Notes under the pieces: model-generated
What the model was told of the DNA's origin: nothing
What the model saw: only the letters and a program-made list of their open reading frames with translations
The model's database searches: none
Shown: positions 18,211 to 27,813 of the stretch, piece after piece
Numbering within the stretch: position 1 is the stretch's first letter
How the letters are laid out: every line of letters begins with the position of its first letter
Made by a program: the position numbers and the translations under genes
NCBI GenBank assembly: GCA_963764785.1
Contig: CAVXTU010000001.1
Location: 930,643 to 994,642, forward strand
From: an uncultured Chloroflexia bacterium
GTDB lineage: Bacteria; Chloroflexota; Limnocylindria; Limnocylindrales; CSP1-4
Direction of reading: 5' to 3'
DNA: 64,000 bases

Positions 18211-21200
18211 TCACGGACTGAGTTCGCCCACGATTGCTGCGTACGCGGGAGCGGGTACACCAAGATCTCTTGAATGCAACGCAGCTAGGTTCTTGTAGTG
18301 TGTTATTGCCGCATCGTGCGAACCTAGTGCCGCTAGACAAGCGACCAGGGAGGCGCGGAGGTCAAACGCCGACGGGTCAATCGCTACCACGGGCACCAGT
18401 ACGTCCACCACTTCGGAGTACCGGCGTTGGTTGACAAGGTCGTCGACCGTACAACGCGCAAGGTGTAGGTAGGTTCCGTGGAGGTGAGACCTCCAATCGT
18501 TCGCCCATTCTTCGTACTCGAACTCGGGGGCGAACCCGCCCCTATAGAGTCGCAGCATTTCTGGGCCTTGGACACCGGCCTTGCCAGACGTCGCAATTCC
18601 AGCAGCCTGCCTACTGAAAGCCACGCTGTCCACCTGGAATAGGTCGGTATCGAGGAAGACCATATCGGATTCCAGCCGTACATAGTCTGCGCTCGTTCCA
18701 TCCTCATACCAAGGCTCGATGTCGCGTCGCAAGAAGAACAGAGTCTGATGGAGGCTGTTCACGGCAGACTTGGGAGATTGATCTGGCCACAGGTTTTCCA
18801 TGACCTGTTCCTTGGCGGCACTGAGTTCTGGTCGCGTCACTAGATACAACATCAGTGCAGCAGCCTTGCGCCTAGTCTCAGTCAAAGGAACATGACGCGT
18901 ACCAACTTCATAGCTAGTTGGGCCGAGGTCATGAATGCGAACAGTGGGGCTTACCCGCCTGACGAGCCGAGTCGTGAGGCCTCGGCGCTTGCGATTTCCT
19001 TCGTTGGCGCTGTCGAAGTGTCGCAGGATGGCCGCGTCTTCCATCGTGCCGAATTGTGCAAGTAGTGTGGCTGCCACGCTCACGTTCTCGCGCGGTTGCG
19101 CCTGGACTTGTCGCCTGAGCGCTGGAACCCACCGGTTCGGTGCTTGAAGTATTGACCGCTCGAGGGCCTTGGGGACGGGAATCAAGATCCCGCATGCGAG
19201 CGAGATGACATCGGCGAGTTCCAAGAGCGCAAGCGCCGATTCGGCTTCTGATTCATTGATCCAAAGACCCAAGGAGTCCGCGTCATCACTGGCTACAGCA
19301 TCGAGGATTCTCGCCCGTGCCATCCATCTCCATGCCCCTTGGCTTGCGGCCGCTTCAACCGCTTCACTCGCAAGCTCCTTGCTGTTGGGCGACCGTTCGA
19401 GGGTCGCGAGCGTCGCCTTGACGACTGCGAGGCGCGACTTGGAGTCAACGTCTGGTGCCTCGATTGATTCCAACGCCGCAAGCGCACTGCCCGCCGCTCC
19501 CACCTTTCCCTCGCTCAGGTTGAGCGCGACTCGAGCACAACATGCCAGTGCTCGAGAGCTGAGTTCGCGTGACCACGTCGATTCTCCCTTGTCGAACTTT
19601 GCAAGCAGTGATCTGGTCTCGCGCGTGTTGCCAATGATGGCGTTCAGGTATGCCGCTTCGGCGATGGCGTCAGCCGTGGAATCTGACTCGGTGGCGGCAG
19701 CGTAGGCTGCCTCAAGTCCCTCCGACAGATTCCCTAGCTCCGCCATGGATATCGCAGAAATTGACTTGGAGGACGCCACAATAGGAGTTCCTGCGTCGGT
19801 CTGTTGCAGCTCTGAGATGGCTTGAGCCGCTAGCCGATTGGCATCTGAATACCGACCCCGGGCAAGTTCGCCATTCGCCGTGTTGTGCAATGAAACCCCA
19901 GCAAAGTAGTGAAGCTGGGCCCTGCGCTGATCGGCTGCGAGTCTGGCAAGTGACCTGACGGCGTCAGTGATGCTCCCACCATCGTTTGCTCGAAGCATCT
20001 GGCGCCACGCCAGCGCCACTTCGCGCAGGGGCGAGGGAACATCCGGCAATGTCGCGATTTCGTGTATCTGCTTCGCAAGCAGAGCACCTTCTCCATCGAT
20101 GTGAAAAGCAGCAGCCCGTGTGAGAGCTATCAGCCCCTGTTCTTCTGGGGTGAGAGCCTTCGCATCCAATGTCGCGAGCAAGCTCAGAGCAGCTGAGGTC
20201 TGCCCATCGCTGACCAATGCTCGCGCTTTGATGACCTCGACTGATGGGGGTGGCGCAGTGTCAGGCATCAGATCCACGATTTGCACCGCGGCACCCCACG
20301 CTCCAGTTCCGAGTGCCTCACTCGCGGCTGAGCCCATCACCCTCATGGCTTCATCCGGCTCTTGAGCCAATGCGAAGTGCTTCGCTGACACCAGCCAATC
20401 GATGGCCTCGGCATCGATGGCGATCGCCAAGTGCATCCGCCTAATCTCCGTGGCCGATGCGACGAGCTCCAGGTGGTGTGCCAGGAACTGCCTGAATAGT
20501 GGATGGATGCGTCCGCCAGTCTCGGCACCTCGATCAGCGAAGAGCCCCAAAGTCTCAGCATCTTCGAGGGCGGCCCCGACCGCCTCGGCGTCAGGCGGAT
20601 CTGGAACGACCGACAGCGCAGCACTGACAAGCTCAGGCCGAACGCGGTCGATCAGCGATGCATGGATAAGGATGCGCTGTGTCCTTGCCGACAAACGTGT
20701 CAGGACCTCTTCTGCCAGGAAGTCGTAGATGGGCCCCTTGGCTCCGTCGAGAGCCTCGATGAACGCTGCAACTTCGCTGGGGCGGCTGACAGCGATCGAG
20801 GCTGACACCAGTTGCAGGCTTGCAGCCCATCCCTCGGTTCGCTCCGCGATAACGTCGCAAGCATCTTGGTCCAGGGGTTGGCGATAGGTGACTGAGAACA
20901 GTTCGTTGATCTCAGGTTTGGTGAAACGCAGGTCATCGATGGTCAGCTCTGAGACCTGGCCCTGAGCCAGTAGTCGACCCAGGGCCAGATTGGGTCTGCC
21001 CCGGCCGGACAGGATGATGCGCAAATCTTGGGGACCGCGCTCAAGAAGCCTGCCAAGGATCATGCGCACATCCCCAGACCGCTCGATCAGGTGGTAATCA
21101 TCAAGGATGATGTCAGTCGGACCCAGGTCGAGAGTGCCAAGGTCAGCCAGGAACTGGCTGAGCACGACCTCGCGCGACGAGCCCATGGCTGCGACGTGCC

Positions 21201-21639
21201 GCAATAGCGCCTCAGTCGATCGGCCGAAGTCCGGAGCGACCTCGCGCATGGCGGCCACCATGTAGCTCAGGAACGTTATCCAGTCGCCATCCGAAGTCTC
21301 GATGCGGTACCAGACGCACTTCGCGTTCGAGTTCAGGGCGTGCTCATTGAGAAGTGTGGACTTCCCGTATCCAGCTTCAGCCGAGACGAGGATGAGGCGC
21401 GCCCTGGTCTGACGTTCGAACCACCCTGCGAGTCGCGGGCGGGTCATGACCGAGCGTCCGCGGGTGGCAGCGGCGATCTTGCTCGCGATGATCGCCAGCC
21501 CCGAGGTGTGGGCGCCGACCGCCCCCGAGCCTGCGTCACTGGCCTGGTCATGGTCAGTGGGCTGGAGCGGCAAGCCAGTCGGGTGCTCTTTGGTCACCAT
21601 CTGTCTTGACATGCGGGCATCTTCAGGGTGAGCACTCAA
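18211..21639 (-). CDS. Large STAND/MalT-like ATPase with C-terminal SARP module (OmpR-type wHTH + BTAD); domain order reversed relative to AfsR
   Basis: Walker A LVSAEAGYGKSTLLNE and Walker B IILDDYH, then a long helical repeat region. The C-term LMLYLVTRPELSAAKEQVMENLWPDQSPKSAVNSLHQTLFFLRRDIEP matches the SARP wHTH, and a BTAD-like tail follows. Local GC is lower than the flanks. Confidence 0.65.
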   Translation of the reverse strand: MSAHPEDARMSRQMVTKEHPTGLPLQPTDHDQASDAGSGAVGAHTSGLAIIASKIAAATRGRSVMTRPRLAGWFERQTRARLILVSAEAGYGKSTLLNEHALNSNAKCVWYRIETSDGDWITFLSYMVAAMREVAPDFGRSTEALLRHVAAMGSSREVVLSQFLADLGTLDLGPTDIILDDYHLIERSGDVRMILGRLLERGPQDLRIILSGRGRPNLALGRLLAQGQVSELTIDDLRFTKPEINELFSVTYRQPLDQDACDVIAERTEGWAASLQLVSASIAVSRPSEVAAFIEALDGAKGPIYDFLAEEVLTRLSARTQRILIHASLIDRVRPELVSAALSVVPDPPDAEAVGAALEDAETLGLFADRGAETGGRIHPLFRQFLAHHLELVASATEIRRMHLAIAIDAEAIDWLVSAKHFALAQEPDEAMRVMGSAASEALGTGAWGAAVQIVDLMPDTAPPPSVEVIKARALVSDGQTSAALSLLATLDAKALTPEEQGLIALTRAAAFHIDGEGALLAKQIHEIATLPDVPSPLREVALAWRQMLRANDGGSITDAVRSLARLAADQRRAQLHYFAGVSLHNTANGELARGRYSDANRLAAQAISELQQTDAGTPIVASSKSISAISMAELGNLSEGLEAAYAAATESDSTADAIAEAAYLNAIIGNTRETRSLLAKFDKGESTWSRELSSRALACCARVALNLSEGKVGAAGSALAALESIEAPDVDSKSRLAVVKATLATLERSPNSKELASEAVEAAASQGAWRWMARARILDAVASDDADSLGLWINESEAESALALLELADVISLACGILIPVPKALERSILQAPNRWVPALRRQVQAQPRENVSVAATLLAQFGTMEDAAILRHFDSANEGNRKRRGLTTRLVRRVSPTVRIHDLGPTSYEVGTRHVPLTETRRKAAALMLYLVTRPELSAAKEQVMENLWPDQSPKSAVNSLHQTLFFLRRDIEPWYEDGTSADYVRLESDMVFLDTDLFQVDSVAFSRQAAGIATSGKAGVQGPEMLRLYRGGFAPEFEYEEWANDWRSHLHGTYLHLARCTVDDLVNQRRYSEVVDVLVPVVAIDPSAFDLRASLVACLAALGSHDAAITHYKNLAALHSRDLGVPAPAYAAIVGELSP

Positions 21640-21670
21640 CGCCCACTTAGACCGATGTGGATAAGTCGGG

Positions 21671-21877
21671 CTATGTGCCCTCGTAGTCGAAGAAGATCTT
21701 CAATTCCACGTGGTACTCGACCACCTCACCGTCATCCACCTTCGCCGTGTGCCGAACGACCTCCACTTGTCGGATGTTGCGGACGGTCTGAGATGCCCGA
21801 GCAACCGCATCAGCCGCCGCAGCGCTCCAGGACTCGGGGCTGCTACCGACCATCTCGCGGATGATGATGACTCCCAT
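21671..21877 (-). CDS. Dodecin family flavin-binding protein
   Basis: 68 aa, VGSSPESWSAAAADAVARASQTVRNIRQVEVV...HVELKIFF; matches dodecin length and conserved pattern. Confidence 0.7.
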   Translation of the reverse strand: MGVIIIREMVGSSPESWSAAAADAVARASQTVRNIRQVEVVRHTAKVDDGEVVEYHVELKIFFDYEGT

Positions 21878-21961
21878 GGCGCGTTTCTCCTCTCCTTCTC
21901 GATCGCCCCGCCGCCGTCCACGAAGTGTAGGCAGTCGCGCATGGCCCGCGGCTATCGGTGA

Positions 21962-23404
21962 CTATGCGTACGCACTCTCCGCATAGTGATCCTCGGCGAC
22001 GTATGACACGAAGCGCGTCTGGCGCTTCCTGAACCACAGCTTGGTTTCGCCGGTGGGACCATTGCGGTGCTTGGCCAGCTTGAGGTTGATGACCTCGCCT
22101 TCCTGTCCATGATCGTCAGGTCCACGTTCCTGCTCACGCCACAGGAACATCACCATGTCCGCGTCCTGCTCAAGCGCTCCTGACTCGCGCAGGTCGGACA
22201 GCCTGGGCTCGCCCTTTTCGCCGCGGTTCTCAGTCTGCCGGGAGAGCTGCGACAGCGCCACGAGCGGTACCTGCAACTCGCGGGCCAACGCCTTGAGGCT
22301 GCGCGAGATGTCGCTGACCTCCTGGACACGGTTGGAGTCACGCGACGTGACGCTCGACTGCATCAGTTGCAGGTAGTCGACGACGATGAGGTCGAGACCG
22401 GACTCCGCCTGCAATCGCCGCGCCTTGGTTCGCAGTTCCATGGCGCTGATATTGGGTGTGTCATCGATGAAGATCGGCGCCTCGGCCAGCTTGTTCATGG
22501 CAGGCGCGAGTCGCGTGAAATCCATCTCCTCGAGAAACCCGGTACGGAGGCGCTGAGAATCGATGTTGGCGACCGACGAGAGCAGCCGCAGCACCAACTG
22601 CTCCTTGCTCATCTCCAGGCTGAAGACACCGACCACCTTGCCCTCGTTCACCGATGCGTGCTCAGTGAAATTCAGTGCCAGGCTGGTCTTGCCGATGGAC
22701 GGTCGCGCCGCGACGAGGACCAGATCGGACTTCTGCAGGCCCGTCGTCAGCGTGTCCAGGTCGGCGAAGCCCGTTCGGATGCCGCTGATCTCACCCTTGT
22801 GCTGGTGCAGGTAGTCGAGCCTGTCGTAGGCGCTGTGAAGCAGGGACTTCAACGGCGAGAAGCCCAATTCAACTCGCTTCTCCGATACCGCGAAGAGCTC
22901 GGACTCGGCCTGATCGATGACGTGCCCGATATCCCCGTCTTCCTCGTAGCCCAGCCCCGCGATCTTGCCGGCGGCTCTGATGAGGTTCCGTAGCACGCTC
23001 TTGCGCTCGACGATCCGGGCGTAGTGAACCGCGTTGACCGCCGTTGGCGTGAGGTTGATGAGGCTGGTCAGATAGGCCGAGCCGCCGATCTCATCCAGGC
23101 GCTCCTGGCGCTCGAGCACCTCGCTGACCGTGACGATGTCTACTGGCTCGCGATGCTCGTAGAGTTCGATGACCGCCGCATAGATGGTGCCGTGATGCTG
23201 GCGATAGAAGTCGTCAGGCTGGAGCAGCTCCGCGACTTCGATGACGGCATCCTTGTCGATCAGCAGCGCGCCCAGGACCGACTGCTCGGCTTCGATGGAT
23301 TGGGGCGGTAGGCGATCGATGGACACGAGGTACTCCGGGAAGGATCTGGTGGACGTACAAAGCCGAACGGTGGAACGTCGACCGATGTTCGCTGCTGAAT
23401 CCAT
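21962..23404 (-). CDS. dnaB: Replicative DNA helicase DnaB (no intein)
   Basis: LPPQSIEAEQSVLGALL N-term, Walker A ARPSIGKTSLALN, and the RecA-like C-term. Confidence 0.9.
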   Translation of the reverse strand: MDSAANIGRRSTVRLCTSTRSFPEYLVSIDRLPPQSIEAEQSVLGALLIDKDAVIEVAELLQPDDFYRQHHGTIYAAVIELYEHREPVDIVTVSEVLERQERLDEIGGSAYLTSLINLTPTAVNAVHYARIVERKSVLRNLIRAAGKIAGLGYEEDGDIGHVIDQAESELFAVSEKRVELGFSPLKSLLHSAYDRLDYLHQHKGEISGIRTGFADLDTLTTGLQKSDLVLVAARPSIGKTSLALNFTEHASVNEGKVVGVFSLEMSKEQLVLRLLSSVANIDSQRLRTGFLEEMDFTRLAPAMNKLAEAPIFIDDTPNISAMELRTKARRLQAESGLDLIVVDYLQLMQSSVTSRDSNRVQEVSDISRSLKALARELQVPLVALSQLSRQTENRGEKGEPRLSDLRESGALEQDADMVMFLWREQERGPDDHGQEGEVINLKLAKHRNGPTGETKLWFRKRQTRFVSYVAEDHYAESAYA

Positions 23405-23499
23405 GCTCTCGCAAGGTGCTACTCCACGAACTGACGCAAAACTCTCCACCAAACGTGTGGATAACCCGTGGAAAAGCCGCGATCGGCCAGCGTGACGAG

Positions 23500-24150
23500 T
23501 CAGTCGACCCTGCGAATGACCCCAACGACCTTGCCCTGGATGCGTACGTTCGGATAGAACTGTGGCTCGTACGCGTCATTGGCCGGCTGCAGTCGAACGC
23601 GATCGCGCTCCTTGAAGAATCGTTTGAGCGTGACGGCATTCTCCTCGACCTGGGCAACGATGATGTCCCCGTCGAGAGCGGTCTGCTGCTCGCGAATGAC
23701 CACCAGGTCGCCATCCATGATGTGTGCGTCCACCATGGAGTCGCCTCGAACACGTAGTACATAGGTGTCCGAGCTGGTATTGATGATGTCGGGCACGGCA
23801 ACGGTCTCCGTTGCCTCCTGGTACGCCTCGATGGGCCCACCAGCGGCGATCTCGCCGATCACGGGGATGGTGTTGGCGCTCCGCTCAGTCTTGCTGGTCA
23901 GTACGTCGCTGCCTACACGATTGGACAGCATCGCCGCCGGCTTGAGGCGCAACGCGCGCGACTGTGTGGCGTCGCGCTCCAGCAGGCCTTCCTTCTCCAG
24001 GCCCGACAGATGGTGGTGCACCGCTGACGTCGAGGCCAGGCCCACGGCGGCGGCGATCTCGCGAACGGACGGCGGGTAGCCGCTTTCACGGACGGTGGCG
24101 GCGATATAGTCGATGATTCGCTGCTTGCGAAGTGCGTCGTGCTTGGTCAA
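23500..24150 (-). CDS. lexA: LexA repressor
   Basis: N-term wHTH, cleavage site and Ser/Lys dyad context (VRGDSMVDAHIMDGDLVV ... TLKRF). Confidence 0.9.
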   Translation of the reverse strand: MTKHDALRKQRIIDYIAATVRESGYPPSVREIAAAVGLASTSAVHHHLSGLEKEGLLERDATQSRALRLKPAAMLSNRVGSDVLTSKTERSANTIPVIGEIAAGGPIEAYQEATETVAVPDIINTSSDTYVLRVRGDSMVDAHIMDGDLVVIREQQTALDGDIIVAQVEENAVTLKRFFKERDRVRLQPANDAYEPQFYPNVRIQGKVVGVIRRVD

Positions 24151-24174
24151 GGGGCCTCCTTGATGGAACAGTAC

Positions 24175-24188
24175 CGAACAGGTGTTCC
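24175..24188. promoter_or_regulatory. Cheo-type SOS box CGAACAGGTGTTCC (GAAC-N4-GTTC) upstream of lexA
   Basis: Direct read; palindromic half-sites GAAC/GTTC with a 4-bp spacer, ~25 bp upstream of the lexA start. Confidence 0.6.
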
Positions 24189-24397
24189 AATGTCAAGCGG
24201 CGCGAACGCACCGGGACGGAACGGTGCGATGGACCGACTCGCAGGGGATCTGGTGTCGGCACCACCATCCCATGCCCAAGTGAGAACGACGCCCCAAGGG
24301 TCATGACCATCGTGCTGGTCCGACCTACCGATGGCTTCGCTAACCTATGTCAGCAGGGAACGTTCCCCGAAGTGAGGGTGATAGACTCTCGCTCCCG

Positions 24398-24895
24398 ATG
24401 GCCCTCCGAAATACCTTCAAGCTGGGGCTGACCGCGTTCAGTTTCTGGCCCTTCCTCCCGGTCGCCGCGCGCGCTCCGATCTATGGCCGGCTCATCTTCG
24501 AGCTTGCGATCGACTCCAGGGTGCCCTGGTCGAGGAAGGCGATCCTGGGGATCGCTGCGGCATACGTCATGTCGCCGATCGACTTCATCCCAGACTTCAT
24601 CCCCTTCATCAGCCGGGTCGACGACGTCATGGTTACGATCATCGCGCTCGATCTCTTCCTTGAAGGGATCCCGCGCGAGCTCATGATCGAGAAGATGTAT
24701 ACCCTTGGTATCGACGGCCGTGAGCTGGAGCGCGATATGGAGGCAGCTCGTCGCTTCCTCCCGCTGCCCATCCGCACCATCGCACGACGACTGCCGGCAC
24801 TCATCGAGGCCAGCGCCGATGTCGTCCGGGCCGAGCTGGAGTCTCGCGGCTACATCCACATACAAGACAAGGACATGGAGGCTATCGAAGCGTGA
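24398..24895 (+). CDS. DUF1232/YkvA-like small membrane protein
   Basis: AILGIAAAYVMSPIDFIPDFIPFISRVDDVMV is the DUF1232 signature. Confidence 0.6.
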   Translation: MALRNTFKLGLTAFSFWPFLPVAARAPIYGRLIFELAIDSRVPWSRKAILGIAAAYVMSPIDFIPDFIPFISRVDDVMVTIIALDLFLEGIPRELMIEKMYTLGIDGRELERDMEAARRFLPLPIRTIARRLPALIEASADVVRAELESRGYIHIQDKDMEAIEA

Positions 24896-25338
24896 AGGTC
24901 ATCCTCACCGAAGACGTTAACCCACTCGGCAAGAGTGGTGAGCTCAAGGACGTCGCCAACGGCTATGCCAGGAACTACCTCATACCTCACAACCTCGCCG
25001 TGCCGGCCTCGGGCGGGACGTATCGGGCCTGGCAGCATGACATCGCCAGCCGCGAGGAGCAGCGCAAGAAGGAACGCGCGGAGGCTGAGATCGCCGCGAC
25101 CCGGATCGCCAGTACCACGCTCACCCTGGGCGTCAAGGTCGGTGAAGGCGGCAAGCTCTACGGTTCCATCACTGCGAAGGACATCGCCGACGCCCTGGCG
25201 CGACGTGGCATCGCCATCGATCGCCACCGCATCGACCTCGACGAACCGCTGCGGCAGCTGGGTACCTACAAAGTGGCCATCCGCGTGACGAGTGGCATGA
25301 CGCCCGAGGTCACCGTCGCTGTCGAGCCCAAGGGCTAG
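24892..25338 (+). CDS. rplI: 50S ribosomal protein L9
   Basis: MKVILTEDVNPLGKSGELKDVANGYARNYLIP. Confidence 0.9.
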   Translation: MKVILTEDVNPLGKSGELKDVANGYARNYLIPHNLAVPASGGTYRAWQHDIASREEQRKKERAEAEIAATRIASTTLTLGVKVGEGGKLYGSITAKDIADALARRGIAIDRHRIDLDEPLRQLGTYKVAIRVTSGMTPEVTVAVEPKG

Positions 25339-25374
25339 CCGCAGCGGGCTTGCCCGCCAAGACATCATGGAGCG

Positions 25375-26622
25375 GTGAACCGCGCCACCAAGCTTCACGT
25401 CGACCTGGACGCTTTCTTCGCCGCCATCGAGCAGCGTGATCGGCCAGAGTTGCGCGGCAAGCCGGTGGTCGTGGGAGTGGGCGGTCGCAATGACCGGGGC
25501 GTGGTCTCCGCGGCCTCCTACGAAGCGCGTCGCTTCGGCATCCGTTCGGCGATGCCACTTCGTACCGCGGCCAGACTTTGCCGGGACACCGTCTTCGTCC
25601 CCGTCGACGGTCGCAAGTACAGCGCGGTCAGTCGCGAGGTCATGGCCATCCTGCGTCGCTTCACGCCTGTCGTGGAGCCCATCTCCATCGATGAGGCGTT
25701 CCTCGACGTTGCCGGCTCAGAGGCCCTTCTGGGAACGCCGGTCGAGATCGCCCAGTCGATCAAGGCCACCATCCACTCGGAGTTGAAGCTGATCGCTTCG
25801 GTCGGGGTCGCTTCCACGAAGCTCGTGGCCAAGGTCGCCTCCGACCTCGAGAAGCCTGACGGACTCGTGGTCGTCCCCTTCGGCACTGAGGCCGCATTCC
25901 TGGCGCCGCTGCCGATCTCGCGCTTGTGGGGCGTCGGCGAGAAGACCGCTGGTGTGTTGACCGAGTTCGGCGTCCGGACCATCGGTGACCTTGCTGCACT
26001 GCCTGACGATCTGTTGACCCGTCGGTTTGGGAAACAGGGGCCCGTGCTCGCGCAGCGGGCACGTGGCATCGATCCCTCACCCGTGACCGCGAGCGACCCC
26101 GCACGTTCGGTCAGCCACGAGCACACCTTCGATATCGACACATCGGACACCGAGGTCCTGGAGCGTACGTTGCTTGCGCTTTCGGAGGGTGTGGCTGGCC
26201 GATTGCGCGCTGGTGGGGTCAAGGCGCGGACGATCACAGTGAAGGTCCGCGACTCATCCTTCGCAACCATTTCGCGGCAGCGAACGTTGCAGGCACCGAC
26301 GGACCAGACCGAGACGATCTTCGCCACCGCCGTCGACTTGGCGCGGCCACACCTCAAGGGCATCCGCGTTCGCCTGCTCGGCGTGGCGGCATCGCACCTT
26401 GCCGACGGTCAGCAGTTGTCTCTCTTCGTGGAAGATGAGCGCAAGCGGCGAGCCGCTGAAGCTGCCGATGCCATCCGGCGGCGCTACGGATCGAGTGCGA
26501 TCCGCCGCGCCCGACTCCTGGACAGCGGCGTCGCCGAGCCATTCGAGCGAGATCCCATGACGGCCCCTGATGGTGGCAGTGTCGGCCGCGCCACTCCGGA
26601 TCGACTCGACGACCAGGACTGA
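25375..26622 (+). CDS. dinB: DNA polymerase IV (Y-family)
   Basis: LHVDLDAFFAAIEQRDRPELRGKPVVVG ... SIDEAFLDV. Confidence 0.9.
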   Translation: MNRATKLHVDLDAFFAAIEQRDRPELRGKPVVVGVGGRNDRGVVSAASYEARRFGIRSAMPLRTAARLCRDTVFVPVDGRKYSAVSREVMAILRRFTPVVEPISIDEAFLDVAGSEALLGTPVEIAQSIKATIHSELKLIASVGVASTKLVAKVASDLEKPDGLVVVPFGTEAAFLAPLPISRLWGVGEKTAGVLTEFGVRTIGDLAALPDDLLTRRFGKQGPVLAQRARGIDPSPVTASDPARSVSHEHTFDIDTSDTEVLERTLLALSEGVAGRLRAGGVKARTITVKVRDSSFATISRQRTLQAPTDQTETIFATAVDLARPHLKGIRVRLLGVAASHLADGQQLSLFVEDERKRRAAEAADAIRRRYGSSAIRRARLLDSGVAEPFERDPMTAPDGGSVGRATPDRLDDQD

Positions 26623-26746
26623 TCCACGGCCGTGGCTCGTGACAGGGGAGCTGGCACGGCGCCGCGAGAAGGTCGTGCTCGATCCCGGCGAAGGGTTGAC
26701 ATTCGAACGCATGTTCGGATAGCATCGCGCAGCCGTAACAGAACAG

Positions 26747-27085
26747 ATGTTCGACAGGCTGGCCCGAAACGTGCCCCTCGGCGCCGTCTTCCGCACAGAG
26801 GAGCAAGCCATGTTCAATCTCAGCATCAGCAACTCTCACGTCAGCGTCGATGGTGCATCCGGCCGTCCTCGGGCGATCCGCTCGAATGGCGAGCAGATCG
26901 TCTTGACCTCGCTGGACGCGGTCCGGGATGAGACAGCCGCATATCCGCTCGAGACCGGGCCGCGCACCGTGTTCATCGTGCGCGCCCAGGAGCGCCGCTA
27001 TCGGCTCGTCCACCTGCTCCGCGACGGAAGCTGGACGGTAGAGGAGTTGGCCCCCCCGACCGTGGGACTCGCCGACGCCGCCTAA
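26747..27085 (+). CDS. Hypothetical small protein (start may be 26810)
   Basis: ORF with coding-like composition; no recognisable motif. Confidence 0.3.
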   Translation: MFDRLARNVPLGAVFRTEEQAMFNLSISNSHVSVDGASGRPRAIRSNGEQIVLTSLDAVRDETAAYPLETGPRTVFIVRAQERRYRLVHLLRDGSWTVEELAPPTVGLADAA

Positions 27086-27105
27086 CGTGGCCCACGCTCG
27101 GGCCT

Positions 27106-27813
27106 ATGACCTCCGGAAGCACCGGCGCAGTGCATGCGAGAATGCGGTTGATGACCGATTCGATCGAGCGCACTGCAGATTCGACCGTCGGTGCCTTCGG
27201 TGAGGCACTAGCGTCAGCCCGGCCCACGCCGGGGGGCGGTGCGGCGGCGGCGGTGACCGCGGGCCTCGCCGCCAGCCTGAGCTCGATGGTGGTCCGCCTA
27301 TCGCGTGAGCGTCCCCGCTATGAGCAGCATGCCGACCTGCATGCTCATGCGCTGGCTGCCTCGGAAGCGGCACGACAACGGTTCCTCGACCTGGCTGATG
27401 ACGATGCAACTGCATATGCCTCGTACCGTTCAGCTCGGGAGCTGCCAAGCGGCACTCCGGTTCAGGTCGCCCAACGTTCCGCAGCTATCCGGGATGCGGC
27501 GCGCCAGGCCACGGTCGTACCGCTGGACGTCGTCAAGGCCTGTCACGCGCAGATCGAACTCGTTGACCGACTCGTGGGCCGGACCAACGTCAACGTAGCC
27601 AGTGACCTCGAGGTCGCGGCCCTGTTGTGCGAGAGCGCCGCACGCAGCGCAGCATCAAATGTCAGAGCCAATCTGCGTTCCATCGGTGATGAGGGCTATG
27701 CCCATGCCGTGGTGGCTGAGCTGGACCAGCGCTTGCAGCAGATCCAGGCTGCTGCAGATCGGGCAAGGGAACGGATCGCCAACGGCGGCGAACGTCAGCC
27801 AGAGGCCACATGA
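27106..27813 (+). CDS. Formiminotransferase-cyclodeaminase C-domain family protein (formimino-THF cyclodeaminase / methenyl-THF cyclohydrolase FchA-like)
   Basis: TPGGGAAAAVTAGLAASLSSMVVRLS is the cyclodeaminase/cyclohydrolase signature; translationally coupled to folD. Confidence 0.7.
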   Translation: MTSGSTGAVHARMRLMTDSIERTADSTVGAFGEALASARPTPGGGAAAAVTAGLAASLSSMVVRLSRERPRYEQHADLHAHALAASEAARQRFLDLADDDATAYASYRSARELPSGTPVQVAQRSAAIRDAARQATVVPLDVVKACHAQIELVDRLVGRTNVNVASDLEVAALLCESAARSAASNVRANLRSIGDEGYAHAVVAELDQRLQQIQAAADRARERIANGGERQPEAT

